A DNA stretch of 64,000 nucleotides from an uncultured bacterium. GTDB taxonomy: Bacteria; Krumholzibacteriota; Krumholzibacteriia; LZORAL124-64-63. Location: assembly GCA_963727525.1 (NCBI GenBank), contig CAVSGO010000007.1, forward strand, positions 2,240,001-2,304,000, in the 5' to 3' direction. Shown here piece by piece: positions 48,641 through 58,400 of this stretch. The translations under genes and the position numbers were made by a program. The notes under the pieces were generated by a model. That model saw only the letters and a program-made list of their open reading frames with translations. It was not told where the DNA came from and did no database searches. Position 1 is the first letter of the stretch; the number at the start of each line of letters is the position of its first letter.

Positions 48641-48760
48641 GTCAATCTGAAAATCACGACATGCCCGTGGGTGTTCGGTCGCCTGACCGTCGACTCCGCA
48701 ACCGTCAGCCCGGGCAATGATCATGGCGTGCCCTACGCGATTACCGTCAATTATGAATAG
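48641..48760 (+). pseudogene. 3' remnant of a DUF4402/pilin-like gene
   Basis: WVFGRLTVDSATVSPGNDHGVPYAITVNYE-stop parallels the C-terminus of the next gene (VGASLDV..TVGDDTSLPFTVTVVFQ); no start codon. Confidence 0.55.
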
Positions 48761-48918
48761 TCCCCCATAGTATCTCGAAAAATCACTAAAGGTCCACTTA
48801 GCTGGTCCGATACGTCTATCCAGTTAGGGGCTGATAATCAGGCCAAGCCAGCCCTGGAGTTGACTGCCTTGAGGAAGTTTCGTGGAGCGGATAGCTCACG
48901 TCACCAAAGGATAGTCCG

Positions 48919-49425
48919 ATGCTGAACTTCACTCGTTTCTCCGTCCTGACGATCGCGATCGTCTGCATCGCCAGCACCGCGTCGGCCGTTGATCTCGCCA
49001 GCCACGCTCTGGTCGACATCGTCGAGGGTATCGTACTCACGGAAACCGCGGGCATGGACTTCGGTACGCTGTCGAAGAATGACGGTACCGTGGTGATCGC
49101 GCCCGACGGCTCGTACACCGACGCTGCCAGCCTCATGTTCGACCCCACCGGCGTGGCCGCCGGCGGCTTCACGGTTCAGTCGGTGGCCGGCGCCGATGTC
49201 ACCGTGAGCGTCGTCGCGGGTGCGATGCCGGCTGGCCTGGACCTCAATACGTTCACCTTGGACGTCGCTGGCGGCACCACGACGGGCACCAGCCCGCAGA
49301 GCCACACGATGGCGGCTGACACCGACGTGCTGCTCGTGGGTGCTTCGCTGGACGTGACGGGCGCCACCGCGACCGTGGGCGACGACACGTCGCTGCCGTT
49401 CACTGTGACCGTCGTCTTCCAGTAG
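48919..49425 (+). CDS. DUF4402-like secreted fimbrial/pilin subunit
   Basis: Signal peptide; MDFG; VGASLDV; terminal beta strand FTVTVVFQ. Confidence 0.72.
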   Translation: MLNFTRFSVLTIAIVCIASTASAVDLASHALVDIVEGIVLTETAGMDFGTLSKNDGTVVIAPDGSYTDAASLMFDPTGVAAGGFTVQSVAGADVTVSVVAGAMPAGLDLNTFTLDVAGGTTTGTSPQSHTMAADTDVLLVGASLDVTGATATVGDDTSLPFTVTVVFQ

Positions 49426-49447
49426 ACCACGGCCTGGTGCCGGAATC

Positions 49448-49478
49448 CAGGGCCGGCGGCGACGAGCTGCCGGCCCTG
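49448..49478 (+). terminator. GC-rich hairpin, probable terminator
   Basis: CAGGGCCGGC...GCCGGCCCTG followed by CTTGT. Confidence 0.5.
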
Positions 49479-49804
49479 CTTGTCGAAACCCTCCCCACCT
49501 GACCCCCTTGGCATACCCATTGCCTGAGCCTCGCTGGGCGCTGTTGCGGTAGCGCTTCTCTTTCGTCGTAAGACAACGTGTCATTCGCATCGGAAGGATC
49601 GCGTCTGCCCCCATCCTCCATGCGGCGCGGACCGGTCTTGGCCATGCTTGCCTGTTGCCCGAGGTCTCGCCCGATGGCCGCGCCATCCTCTCCATCGGTC
49701 AGGACGAGCAGGGTCGCAGCGGCTTCGTCAGGACTTACGACCAGCGCACGTTGCGCCTGGCCTGGCCCGGGGCGTCGGCCTATCTGGCTGGTCCAGGCGC
49801 TGAT

Positions 49805-50464
49805 TCATGGCCGTCGGTAAACGGCGAACGCGTGAGGCACCGGCGGATCCTGCTCGTCGTCGTACGCCTCGAACTGTTCCTCGATCAAGCCGATCCGTCG
49901 GAAGCCGTCGATCTCGCCCCGGTCCAGCGGCACCGGGAACCCGTCCACGCACTCTCCGGGTTCGCGACTGCGACAGGATACCAGTAACACGCCGCCGGTT
50001 GCGACCAGCCCGGCGATGGCGTCGACCGCCGCTATCCGGAGATCGCCCACGAGAATCTGGATCGTGTTGCACTCGTACACCAGGTCGAACCCGCGCACCC
50101 AGTCCCGCGGCGGCTCGAAGAGGTCGGCGACCTGGTACGCGACCTCGGTGTGCGGGTAGCGCGCGCGACACATGGCGATTGCCGATTCGGAGATGTCGAA
50201 GGCCGTGACCCGGTAGCCGCGGCCAGCGAGGAACTCGGCGTCGTCGCCCAGGCCGCAGCCGACGACGACCGCGCGCTGCCCTCCCGGTACGGGGTGCTCC
50301 TCGAGCCAGCCCGTCAGGCGTGGATTCGGTGCCAGGTCGGCCCAGTAGACCTTCTCGATGTCGCCGCCCGCCCCATCGTAGAACTCCTCGAACCAGCCGT
50401 TGGGATCGCCCCGTTCGAGGTACGACCTGGCCAGTGCCCTGGCCGCTTGCTTGGCGTCATTCAT
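49805..50464 (-). CDS. Class I SAM-dependent methyltransferase (thiopurine/thiol MTase-like)
   Basis: GWFEEFY, VVGCGLGDDA, TAFDISESAI, FDLVYE; ATG 50464 after GAGGA. Confidence 0.88.
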   Translation of the reverse strand: MNDAKQAARALARSYLERGDPNGWFEEFYDGAGGDIEKVYWADLAPNPRLTGWLEEHPVPGGQRAVVVGCGLGDDAEFLAGRGYRVTAFDISESAIAMCRARYPHTEVAYQVADLFEPPRDWVRGFDLVYECNTIQILVGDLRIAAVDAIAGLVATGGVLLVSCRSREPGECVDGFPVPLDRGEIDGFRRIGLIEEQFEAYDDEQDPPVPHAFAVYRRP

Positions 50465-51149
50465 GGTCTCGATATCCTCGTGTTCTCGATCAACAGCGTG
50501 GAGGCTACGGCTTGCCTTACCCGCCAAGTCTAGCCGATTCGCTGTTATACGACAATATCGACCCTGTCTGACTCGCGCTCGCCTCGTCTTCGTATGATGA
50601 GCGGATGATGTGCGTCCGGTACGCGCCGCCGCGAAGGCGTGTCGTGGGCCGACGGTCGAGTCGCGACGAAGTCGAGATCCATGAAGGCACGTGAATGCGA
50701 TGAGAATTTCGACCGATGCGAAGCCGTTACCTCGGAGTTGGATCTGTGCAAGTGTGCCGCGAGAATCTAGAACCACTTCGGATCAACGTCGATTTCCCCG
50801 TGTGGATGATCAAGTCTCTGGGGACCTGGGGCCGACTGAACCAGAACTCGAACATACGCCTATCTCGGCTCAGCACCTTCTTCACGAGCAAATGGTGAAG
50901 GTGCTTTTTCCTCCTCATGGGCCGGTCGAGGATGAATCCCGTCGCATCCTGCGACATCTATTCCCCTGCTAAAACACAACCACAAACCTCCTATTAGATC
51001 TTGATCCGGACGGATATTGATGGTACCATTTCTCAAATAATAGGGGGAATTGGCCCTGCGAGAGGGAGTACGGCGTGAGAAAACTTACTATCTGTAAATC
51101 AGTTGGATCGTCGATGACAACTCCGGCGACAATACTGGGAACGAAAAGA

Positions 51150-53210
51150 ATGATCATCGTGGTAAGCCTCGCGCTCCTGTATGCGGCCGTCAGCCGGGCC
51201 GATACGCCCGTCAGCGGCAGCGTGTCCGGCACCTGGACGGCCTCGGGCTCGCCTTATGTCGTGGTCGGGTCAGTCACCGTGGACTCCGGTCTCACGCTCA
51301 CGATCGACGAGAGCGTCACGGTACTCTTCGGATCCAACGAGTCGATGACGGTCAACGGAACGCTCATCACCCACGGCATGCCCTCGCAGGGTGTGGTCTT
51401 CACCTCACCGGACTCGATCCCTGGGTCCTGGCTGGGTATCTATGCTCAGCAGGGCAGCGTCGTGGACATGAACAACACGGCCCTGCTCTGGGCGGGGCAA
51501 GGCACCGGGGCGTGTCTTGTCACCACCTCCGGCACGGCCGACTCCATCACGGTCCGGAATTCGTTCGTCCGGCATTCGGCCAACGACGGGATGCGCATCT
51601 CGGCCTTGCATATTTTTCTGGAGAACGTGACTGCCACCGACAACGCCGCCGATGGCATCGAACTCAATACCTTTTCCGAACCACCCCAACTGGACAATCT
51701 CCGCCTCGACCGTAACGGCGAGCGGGCGCTCGCCCTGGACAACAACCCCGGCAATCTCCCCGGCAACCTCAGCGGGTCCGGCAACGGCATCAACGGGGTG
51801 TACGTGGCCGGCAACCTCGGCGGGGGATCGGCGAGCGGGCGCTGGACCTGGCGGGCCAACCCAGGGTTCCCGGTGGTTTGCCAGACCATCAACGTGAGTT
51901 CCGACACCCTGGACGTCGAGGCCGGCGCCGTGATCAAGATGTACGACGCCAACTCGACCATTTCGATCCAGACCGACGGCGTCCTGCTCAGTGGATTGTC
52001 TCCAGCGGCGGTAAAATCGGGTACGAGCGGAGGGGACGTTTGGATCACTTCGCTCCTAGACGATCAGCACGGGGGCGATACAAACGGCGACGGGAGCGCG
52101 AGTGCGCCGTCGCCCGGTGACTGGTCAGCCGTTTTCGCACAGTCGAGTTCGACGCTTCACCTCGTCGACACCTGGTTCTCCTACGGAGGGCATTCGATTT
52201 ACGGGAACCTCACGACGACTTCGGGGCAAGCCACGGAGCTGACCTGGAGCGGCGGGGGTGCGGTCTTCAGCCTGAACGACGGCATTCGGATCAACGTCAA
52301 TTCCGCGACGGTCACCGGCGTTCGCTTCGCCGGCAACCTCGACGATGGTGTGCAGGTCGCCTCGGGCACGGGGGCCACGTTCGCGGGCTGCGACATCCTG
52401 GACAACGAATCCGACGGCATGCGCTGGGGCGGCGGACCGGTGGTGCTCGCGCAGGGCAACTGGTGGGGTGACCCGTCGGGTCCGCAGCATCCGACGCTCA
52501 ATCCCGGCGGCCTGGGCAATCCGGTCTCGGACAACGTCGATTTCGGGAACTGGGCTACATCCGCGTTTACGAACGCCGGACCCGACGATTTCCTGCTCAC
52601 GGCACCGGCAGACGGCGCCACGCTGGATCTGGCCGCCACCGGAAACGACTCGGTGCGGTTTACCTGGAATGCGGCGATCGATCCCGACGGCGATGACCTG
52701 ACCTACGAGCTCGCCGTGAACGCGACGCCGACGTTCGATCCAGGAAGTGAGGTTTTCCACGCGTCGGGCCTGACCTCGACATCGCAGTGGGCGACAGGCT
52801 TCGCGCCGAACTCCACGTACTACTGGTGCGTCAGCGCCACGGACGGTCTGGTCTCGCGGTCCTCGACGCCAGCCTTTGCGGCCTTCTCCACCGCACCGGA
52901 TTCTAGCCTGGTCCCGGTCGTGGCCTTCCCCAGCGCCTTCACTGTAGGGCACCCTGCCCCGAATCCCTTCACGTCCCATTCGCAAATCGCGTTCGCCTTG
53001 CCTACGAGCGAACGTGTGAGCGTCAGGATCTACGATCTCCGGGGACGCCTCGTGAAGACGCTCCTGGACGGTGTGCAGTCCAGCGGCCGGCAATTCGTGA
53101 TCTGGGACGGCCGTGACCACGCCGGCCAGAAGGTCGCCTCCGGCGTGTACTTTGCGCACGTGGTTTCGCGGCAGGGCGCGCGAGTCCGGCGGCTGTTGGT
53201 CGTACGCTAG
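51150..53210 (+). CDS. Secreted right-handed beta-helix protein with Fn3-like domain and FlgD tail
   Basis: GTWTASGSPY, ITSLLDD..GGDTNGDG..PGDW, NWWGDPSGP, DPDGDDLTY, PAPNPF..ASGVYF. Confidence 0.82.
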   Translation: MIIVVSLALLYAAVSRADTPVSGSVSGTWTASGSPYVVVGSVTVDSGLTLTIDESVTVLFGSNESMTVNGTLITHGMPSQGVVFTSPDSIPGSWLGIYAQQGSVVDMNNTALLWAGQGTGACLVTTSGTADSITVRNSFVRHSANDGMRISALHIFLENVTATDNAADGIELNTFSEPPQLDNLRLDRNGERALALDNNPGNLPGNLSGSGNGINGVYVAGNLGGGSASGRWTWRANPGFPVVCQTINVSSDTLDVEAGAVIKMYDANSTISIQTDGVLLSGLSPAAVKSGTSGGDVWITSLLDDQHGGDTNGDGSASAPSPGDWSAVFAQSSSTLHLVDTWFSYGGHSIYGNLTTTSGQATELTWSGGGAVFSLNDGIRINVNSATVTGVRFAGNLDDGVQVASGTGATFAGCDILDNESDGMRWGGGPVVLAQGNWWGDPSGPQHPTLNPGGLGNPVSDNVDFGNWATSAFTNAGPDDFLLTAPADGATLDLAATGNDSVRFTWNAAIDPDGDDLTYELAVNATPTFDPGSEVFHASGLTSTSQWATGFAPNSTYYWCVSATDGLVSRSSTPAFAAFSTAPDSSLVPVVAFPSAFTVGHPAPNPFTSHSQIAFALPTSERVSVRIYDLRGRLVKTLLDGVQSSGRQFVIWDGRDHAGQKVASGVYFAHVVSRQGARVRRLLVVR

Positions 53211-53582
53211 GCTAATGGTTGGCAGTTGCTTCGATCCGGTACGGCCCAGAAGTTGGCCGTCCGGGCCAAGGCAACCACTCTGTCTGGCGACGGCCGCGGA
53301 CCAATTCAGAATCACCGATTGAGCCGAGATCGCCGTGTCGCCCGGGCGATCGGCACTGAATATCGCCGCCAATCTCATCTTACCGGCGTCAGCAAACCCG
53401 TGAGCGCCAAATTACAAGACCGATCGCGTGGCAGATCGAGTGTTGACTATGCGCCGGTCATGGTCTCCGGTGAGATCGCTGCAACCCAAAAGACATCCTC
53501 GCCGACCCTCGAACCTCGGCGACGGATCCATGGTATGATCGTGTCCGCTCCGTCGTACGCAGCCCATTCCGGAGGTCAGGCC

Positions 53583-55136
53583 TTGAAGCGCTCTTTCCTG
53601 TCGGCATCGGTCGCGCTCGTCATCCTCGCCGGCGCCGACCTCGTTTGCGCCGGGACCCGCAACGGCGCCGATGGCCCGCTTGGCCATTGGCCGGACTTCA
53701 CGCCGCTCGGCACCATCACCGCGCCTCACCCCGACAATCCCGATCAGCAGACCCCTCTCTACGGCGACTGGGGAGGGATCGTCGGCGAGGAATTCCTCTT
53801 CCTGCAGGATGGTCTGCTCAAGCTGCTTTACCACAGTTACCACGAGACATATCTGACCGAGCACCCATACCAGCAGGAGATCCTGCACGACTGGGCGCTC
53901 GGTTACGATCCCGTGACCAGGATCAAGTACCCGCCGCTGGTGAGGCCGGGAGGCCCCGTGCCCGGGCCGGCGTGGGAACACACCGACACGCCAGGCTACC
54001 TGCAGCACCCGCTGACCGGAGAACACCTGCTCTACAACACGGTCCGGCCGGGAACGGTCTACCTGCATCCCGAGTGGAACGGCCTACCGGGCTGGGAGGG
54101 AGCGATCCAGGTCGCCACCAGCGCGACGCCGCCGGCGATCGGCCGACCGTTCACGCAGACCTACGAGAATGCGCTGGTCGCCGAGCTGTGGTGGGAGCAG
54201 GGCTGGAACCAGAACGGAGTCATCAAGGGCGGTCTGTCCGAACCGACGCCGGTCTGGGTGCCGCACCTCGGCGAGCACGGTATGGTGCGACTGTTCTACC
54301 GCGGCCTCCACGGCTCGACCACCGGCTACTGGAACTGGCGCATCTCCTACGCGGACAGCGAGGACGGAATGACCGGCTGGATCAAGCACGAGACCCCCAC
54401 CTTCGACCCCGCGGATCCCGCGAACCCCGCCTACCGCTGGACCCTGCCGCCGCCCGACGGCTTCGGCTTCCGCGGTGCCTGGCAGGCACACTGCACCGGC
54501 GACGTGCGCGCGGACGGCGTCCACATGGTGCTGTGCGTCTCCAACCAGAACTACGCCCTCGGCGGCCGCATTGCCTACTACTGGTCGCCCGACTGGGGCG
54601 ACACCTGGTATGGCCATCCCGACAATCCGATCATCGTGCCCGGCACCGACCCCGACGGCGTGCCCGCCACCGGCTTCCAGCGGACGCCCACGTTGATGAT
54701 CGACGAGGAGTACCACCGCTACATCCTGGCCTACAACGCGGGCTGGAATGCCGAGTCGCCGGCGCATCGGGTGACTATGATCGCGGTCGCCGACCGACCC
54801 GCGGCCACGCCGACGACGGTGGACGCCGGGCCCGACGCAGTCGCCGCCTTTGCAATCTCTGCGATCGCCACCGGCCCCGGCCAAGGCGGTGCGCAGTTCC
54901 GCCTCACGGTGCCGGCAGCGGGGTACCTTCAGGTCGCAGTCTATAGCATCGACGGGCACCGGGTCGCCGGCCTCGCCGACCGGCGCGTCTCCCCCGGCGC
55001 ATCGACCGTGGCGTGGGACCGGCGGACGAAAGCCGGTGCACCGGCGCCGTCCGGGGTCTACCTCGTGCGAGGAATGCTGACAATGACCGGCCAACCTGCG
55101 GCGGTCGCGGTGGCACGCATCGTCGTCGTCCGCTGA
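53583..55136 (+). CDS. Secreted five-bladed beta-propeller glycoside hydrolase-like protein with degenerate FlgD tail
   Basis: TTG after GGAGG; LSEPTPVW, LFYRG, ISYADSEDG..W, IAYYWSPD..W..HPDNPII; tail YSIDGHRV..APSGVY. Confidence 0.65.
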   Translation: MKRSFLSASVALVILAGADLVCAGTRNGADGPLGHWPDFTPLGTITAPHPDNPDQQTPLYGDWGGIVGEEFLFLQDGLLKLLYHSYHETYLTEHPYQQEILHDWALGYDPVTRIKYPPLVRPGGPVPGPAWEHTDTPGYLQHPLTGEHLLYNTVRPGTVYLHPEWNGLPGWEGAIQVATSATPPAIGRPFTQTYENALVAELWWEQGWNQNGVIKGGLSEPTPVWVPHLGEHGMVRLFYRGLHGSTTGYWNWRISYADSEDGMTGWIKHETPTFDPADPANPAYRWTLPPPDGFGFRGAWQAHCTGDVRADGVHMVLCVSNQNYALGGRIAYYWSPDWGDTWYGHPDNPIIVPGTDPDGVPATGFQRTPTLMIDEEYHRYILAYNAGWNAESPAHRVTMIAVADRPAATPTTVDAGPDAVAAFAISAIATGPGQGGAQFRLTVPAAGYLQVAVYSIDGHRVAGLADRRVSPGASTVAWDRRTKAGAPAPSGVYLVRGMLTMTGQPAAVAVARIVVVR

Positions 55137-55253
55137 TCCGGCAGTGCAGCACCGAGCGGCTGGCGATCGTCCTGGACGGCGGGGTTTGGCGCGCATGATG
55201 CCGCGGGGAGCGCCGGGACCCATCTCGTGTCGCGGTGAGTCTCGCAGGTAAAG

Positions 55254-55281
55254 GCAGGGGGGCACCGGCGGTACCCCCTGC
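55254..55281 (-). terminator. GC-rich hairpin with short U-tract
   Basis: GCAGGGGG...CCCCCTGC then CTTT on the minus strand, about 13 nt after TAG 55295-55297. Confidence 0.5.
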
Positions 55282-55294
55282 GACGGATCACAAC

Positions 55295-55405
55295 CTAGCG
55301 CGCGAACGACGCCTTGACGTCACTCCACGTCGCGGGCTCGACGGCCACGGTGCCGTCGACGTAGGTGCGGAACCCGTAGTCTATCGAGACGTCACCCGGC
55401 GTGCG
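55295..55405 (-). other. 36-codon in-frame extension or remnant ending in TWSDVKASFAR behind the C25 gene stop
   Basis: RTPGDVSIDYGFRTYVDGTVAVEPATWSDVKASFAR-stop, in frame with TGA 55406-55408. Confidence 0.7.
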
Positions 55406-58400
55406 TCACTTCGCCAGTACCATCTTGCGCACCGCCGCGCCATCGGCCGTCACGAGGCGGACCACGTACACGCCCGACGCGACGGTGCGGCCCCGCGCAT
55501 CGGTCCCGTCCCAGATCACGTCGTGCGCGCCGACCGCGAGTTCACCCTCCACGAGTCGTCGCACCCGCTTACCGTCGGTGGCGAAGACGTCGAGGGTCAC
55601 GGGCATGGCGCGCGGTAGCGTGAAGGCGATCGCCGTCGTCGGGTTGAATGGGTTCGGGTAATTGCCGCGCAGGACGACCGCGTCGGGCACCTGGTCGCCG
55701 ACGTCCGTCGACGTGCTCACCGTCAGCGCGATCGGGATGGGGAAAACCTCGCCGGTGCTCGTCGCAACGCGCAACACCGCCTCGTAGGTACCCACGGCGA
55801 GGGTCGCCGCCTGCAACGTGATCGTCACGGCGTCCTCGGTGCCGGCCGCCACGAAGCCGACCGTTTCGGCCAGTTGCACCCAGCTCACGTCGCGCCCGAC
55901 GGTGAACACGCCACTCGTGTCGGCCACGCTGGCGTTTTGGGCATCGCGGATACGAATCCGCGCATACGGTCCCGGGTCGCCCGTCACGAGCCACGTCCAG
56001 CTTCCGGCCGCAGCGTCGACGTCCGTGGCCACATCGGTCCAGGCTCCACCCATGTCGCGTTGCAAGGCGATGTCCACCAGGCCCGACGTATTCCCCGCCA
56101 CGAAGGTGACCGGCAGCTCCTGCCCGATGACCGCCACCGCCCCCTCGGTGGGGGTGTGAAGGGCGACGTACGGCTGGTCGCTGGCCAGGATGACGGAACC
56201 CAGGACCTGATCGGGATCACCGAAGAGGCCGACGTCCTCGAGGACATACTCGAACACGAGGTCACCCACGATATCAGGAGCGAAGGTCAGATTCACCGTG
56301 GCGGTCGCGGTGGTTCCCGCCGCGATGTAATAGAGGAATTCCCCGCCCAACCCGTCCCACGTGGTCAGGACCCCGGAACCCGCCGGGCCGAGCCAGGGAA
56401 GAACGCTGCTACCAGCGTTCATCAGGTCGGTGGCCGTGTTCAGCGTCACGCCGGGCGGGCACTGGAGACGGACCAGCGATAGCAGCGGCAACCAGCTCGA
56501 CCCCTCCGCGTGGACGCTCACCATGATGTCTGCGGTGGTGCCCGGATCGTAATTCGTGGTGTCAAACGTCAGGGTGGAGCCCTGGATGTCGGGCGGCAAC
56601 GGGGTCGCGGTCCGACGCACCACGGCGGGTGGCAAGGTTGCCGGATCCACCACGTCGATCGTGTAGCCGAGTACCGAACCGGCAACGCCGGTGTTGGAGA
56701 TGTGCAGCGTGCGCGTCACCTGGCCGCCCGGCGGCGTCGTGGCTTCGATGGTCGACGGGGTCACGCTTGCGGTCGGTATGGCGACGGCGCCGATCGGCTC
56801 GAAGCGGATGGCGCGGCCGGCCGCGAGCGGCGCCGCGCCGGCGGCGTACTGGTTCCAGTAGGTGTAGAGCAGGCCGCCGGTTCGATCATTGTTCTGGAGG
56901 CCGACGGTGGCGAATCCGTCGCGCGAGTCGGTATTGTTGACCTGCTCGTACTGCAGGATGATCGCGCCGTCACCCGTCGCTGTGGGGTGCCACACGGGAT
57001 CGAGCAGGATGATCTCGAAGTTCTGCATCGCGCCGGAAAAGTCGTTGTTCAGGTGGTACCACTGCACGATGAAGCGGCGATTCACCTCGTCGTGATACGT
57101 GTAGATCTGCGCGGCGCCGAGCTGGTAGAGGTCGTCCCAGAACGCGGCGATCAGGCTGCCCGGGCAGTCCGCGCCGGGTAGGGCGGTGTTACGGTAATTC
57201 ACGAGCGGCGTCTCGCCCATCGCGAGCCAGCCGTTGGAGCAGATCGATACGCGATCGAAATCGACGCCGTAGAATCGGAAGGTGAACGGCAGGTCGATGG
57301 TGCGCGTGTCGTCCTGCTCGAAGCCATGGTCGGTCAGTTCCAGCGGTACACCCTGGCCGCCGTCGTTGGGGTCGAGGGCCACCCAGTCGAACACCGGCGC
57401 ATGGCCGCTCGCGACATCGGTGTCGTCGAAGGCGTAGTAGCCACCGGCCCCCGGGCCGGTGGGCGCGTCGGTCGCGGCGGTGCCCACGGTCACCGGGACT
57501 TCGGCAGTGGTCCGCCCGCCGGCGCCATCGTCGAGCGTCAGGTGCAGCACCGCAAGGTGTCCGGGGAAGCATTCCGCCGCGATCGACACGGCAAACGGAT
57601 CGAGGGCGTTGTCGGCCGTGCTGCCCGCATCGATCGCGCCGTAGACCGCCGCGGGATCCGTGATCTGCAGCCACGGGCTGTCGGTGGCGAGGGTGGCCGT
57701 CACGTTCGCGGCGTCGAGGCTGCCGTCGTTGGCGAGGGTGATGACGAGCGACCCCGACTGGCCGGGTTCGAACGTGGCGCCCGCGCTCCACACGAGCCCA
57801 CTGACGCCAAAGGCCGCCGCATGCACCGTCACCTGGACCACCTCCATCCACACGTCGCTGCCGCTCGCAAGCTGCAGCGGCCACGACACCACGGTGCCAT
57901 CGGGCGCCGCGGCGTCCACGGCAACGGTGGCGGGCGTCGTAGCCCACACCGTGGCGCCGGGCGCCACGTCGCCGAAACTCAAGGCGCCGGCCATGACGCT
58001 GCCCCACGGGTCTCCACCCTCGAGCTGGCCCGTCACGGCCGTGGCCGTCTGCGTGCCGTGGTTGGTGATGGCCAGGGCGAGCGTCACCGTCTCACCGGGG
58101 TTGAGCTGACCGTCGCCGTTGCCGGCGCTGTCGTCGAGGGTACGATCGGCGAGGACGCAGGCGACGTCGACCACGCCTACCGAGAGGCTGCCGCGGTACG
58201 GCAACAGGCCGTCGCCGGTGACTGTCACGGCGCAGGTGCCCGCAGTGAGCGGCGGCGTGACCAGGGTCACCGCACCCGTGGCGTCGGTGACGCCCGACAC
58301 TTGCACCTCACCGTCACGGAACAGGCAGACCCGTGCGCCGGCGACCGGCGTCGAGCTGTCGAGCACGGCGACCGTCACGGCACCCGTCGCCACCGACACC

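Noticed and set aside
49655-49987. ORF starting PEVSPDGRAIL (TolB-like SPDG motif)
   Set aside because: Single short motif, overlaps the methyltransferase gene, no RBS; at most a scrap
50480-51100. Lower-GC intergenic stretch with short ORFs, one containing GTWGRL
   Set aside because: The TWG-like residues are internal and lack the K and F positions; no coding bias or RNA structure I can support
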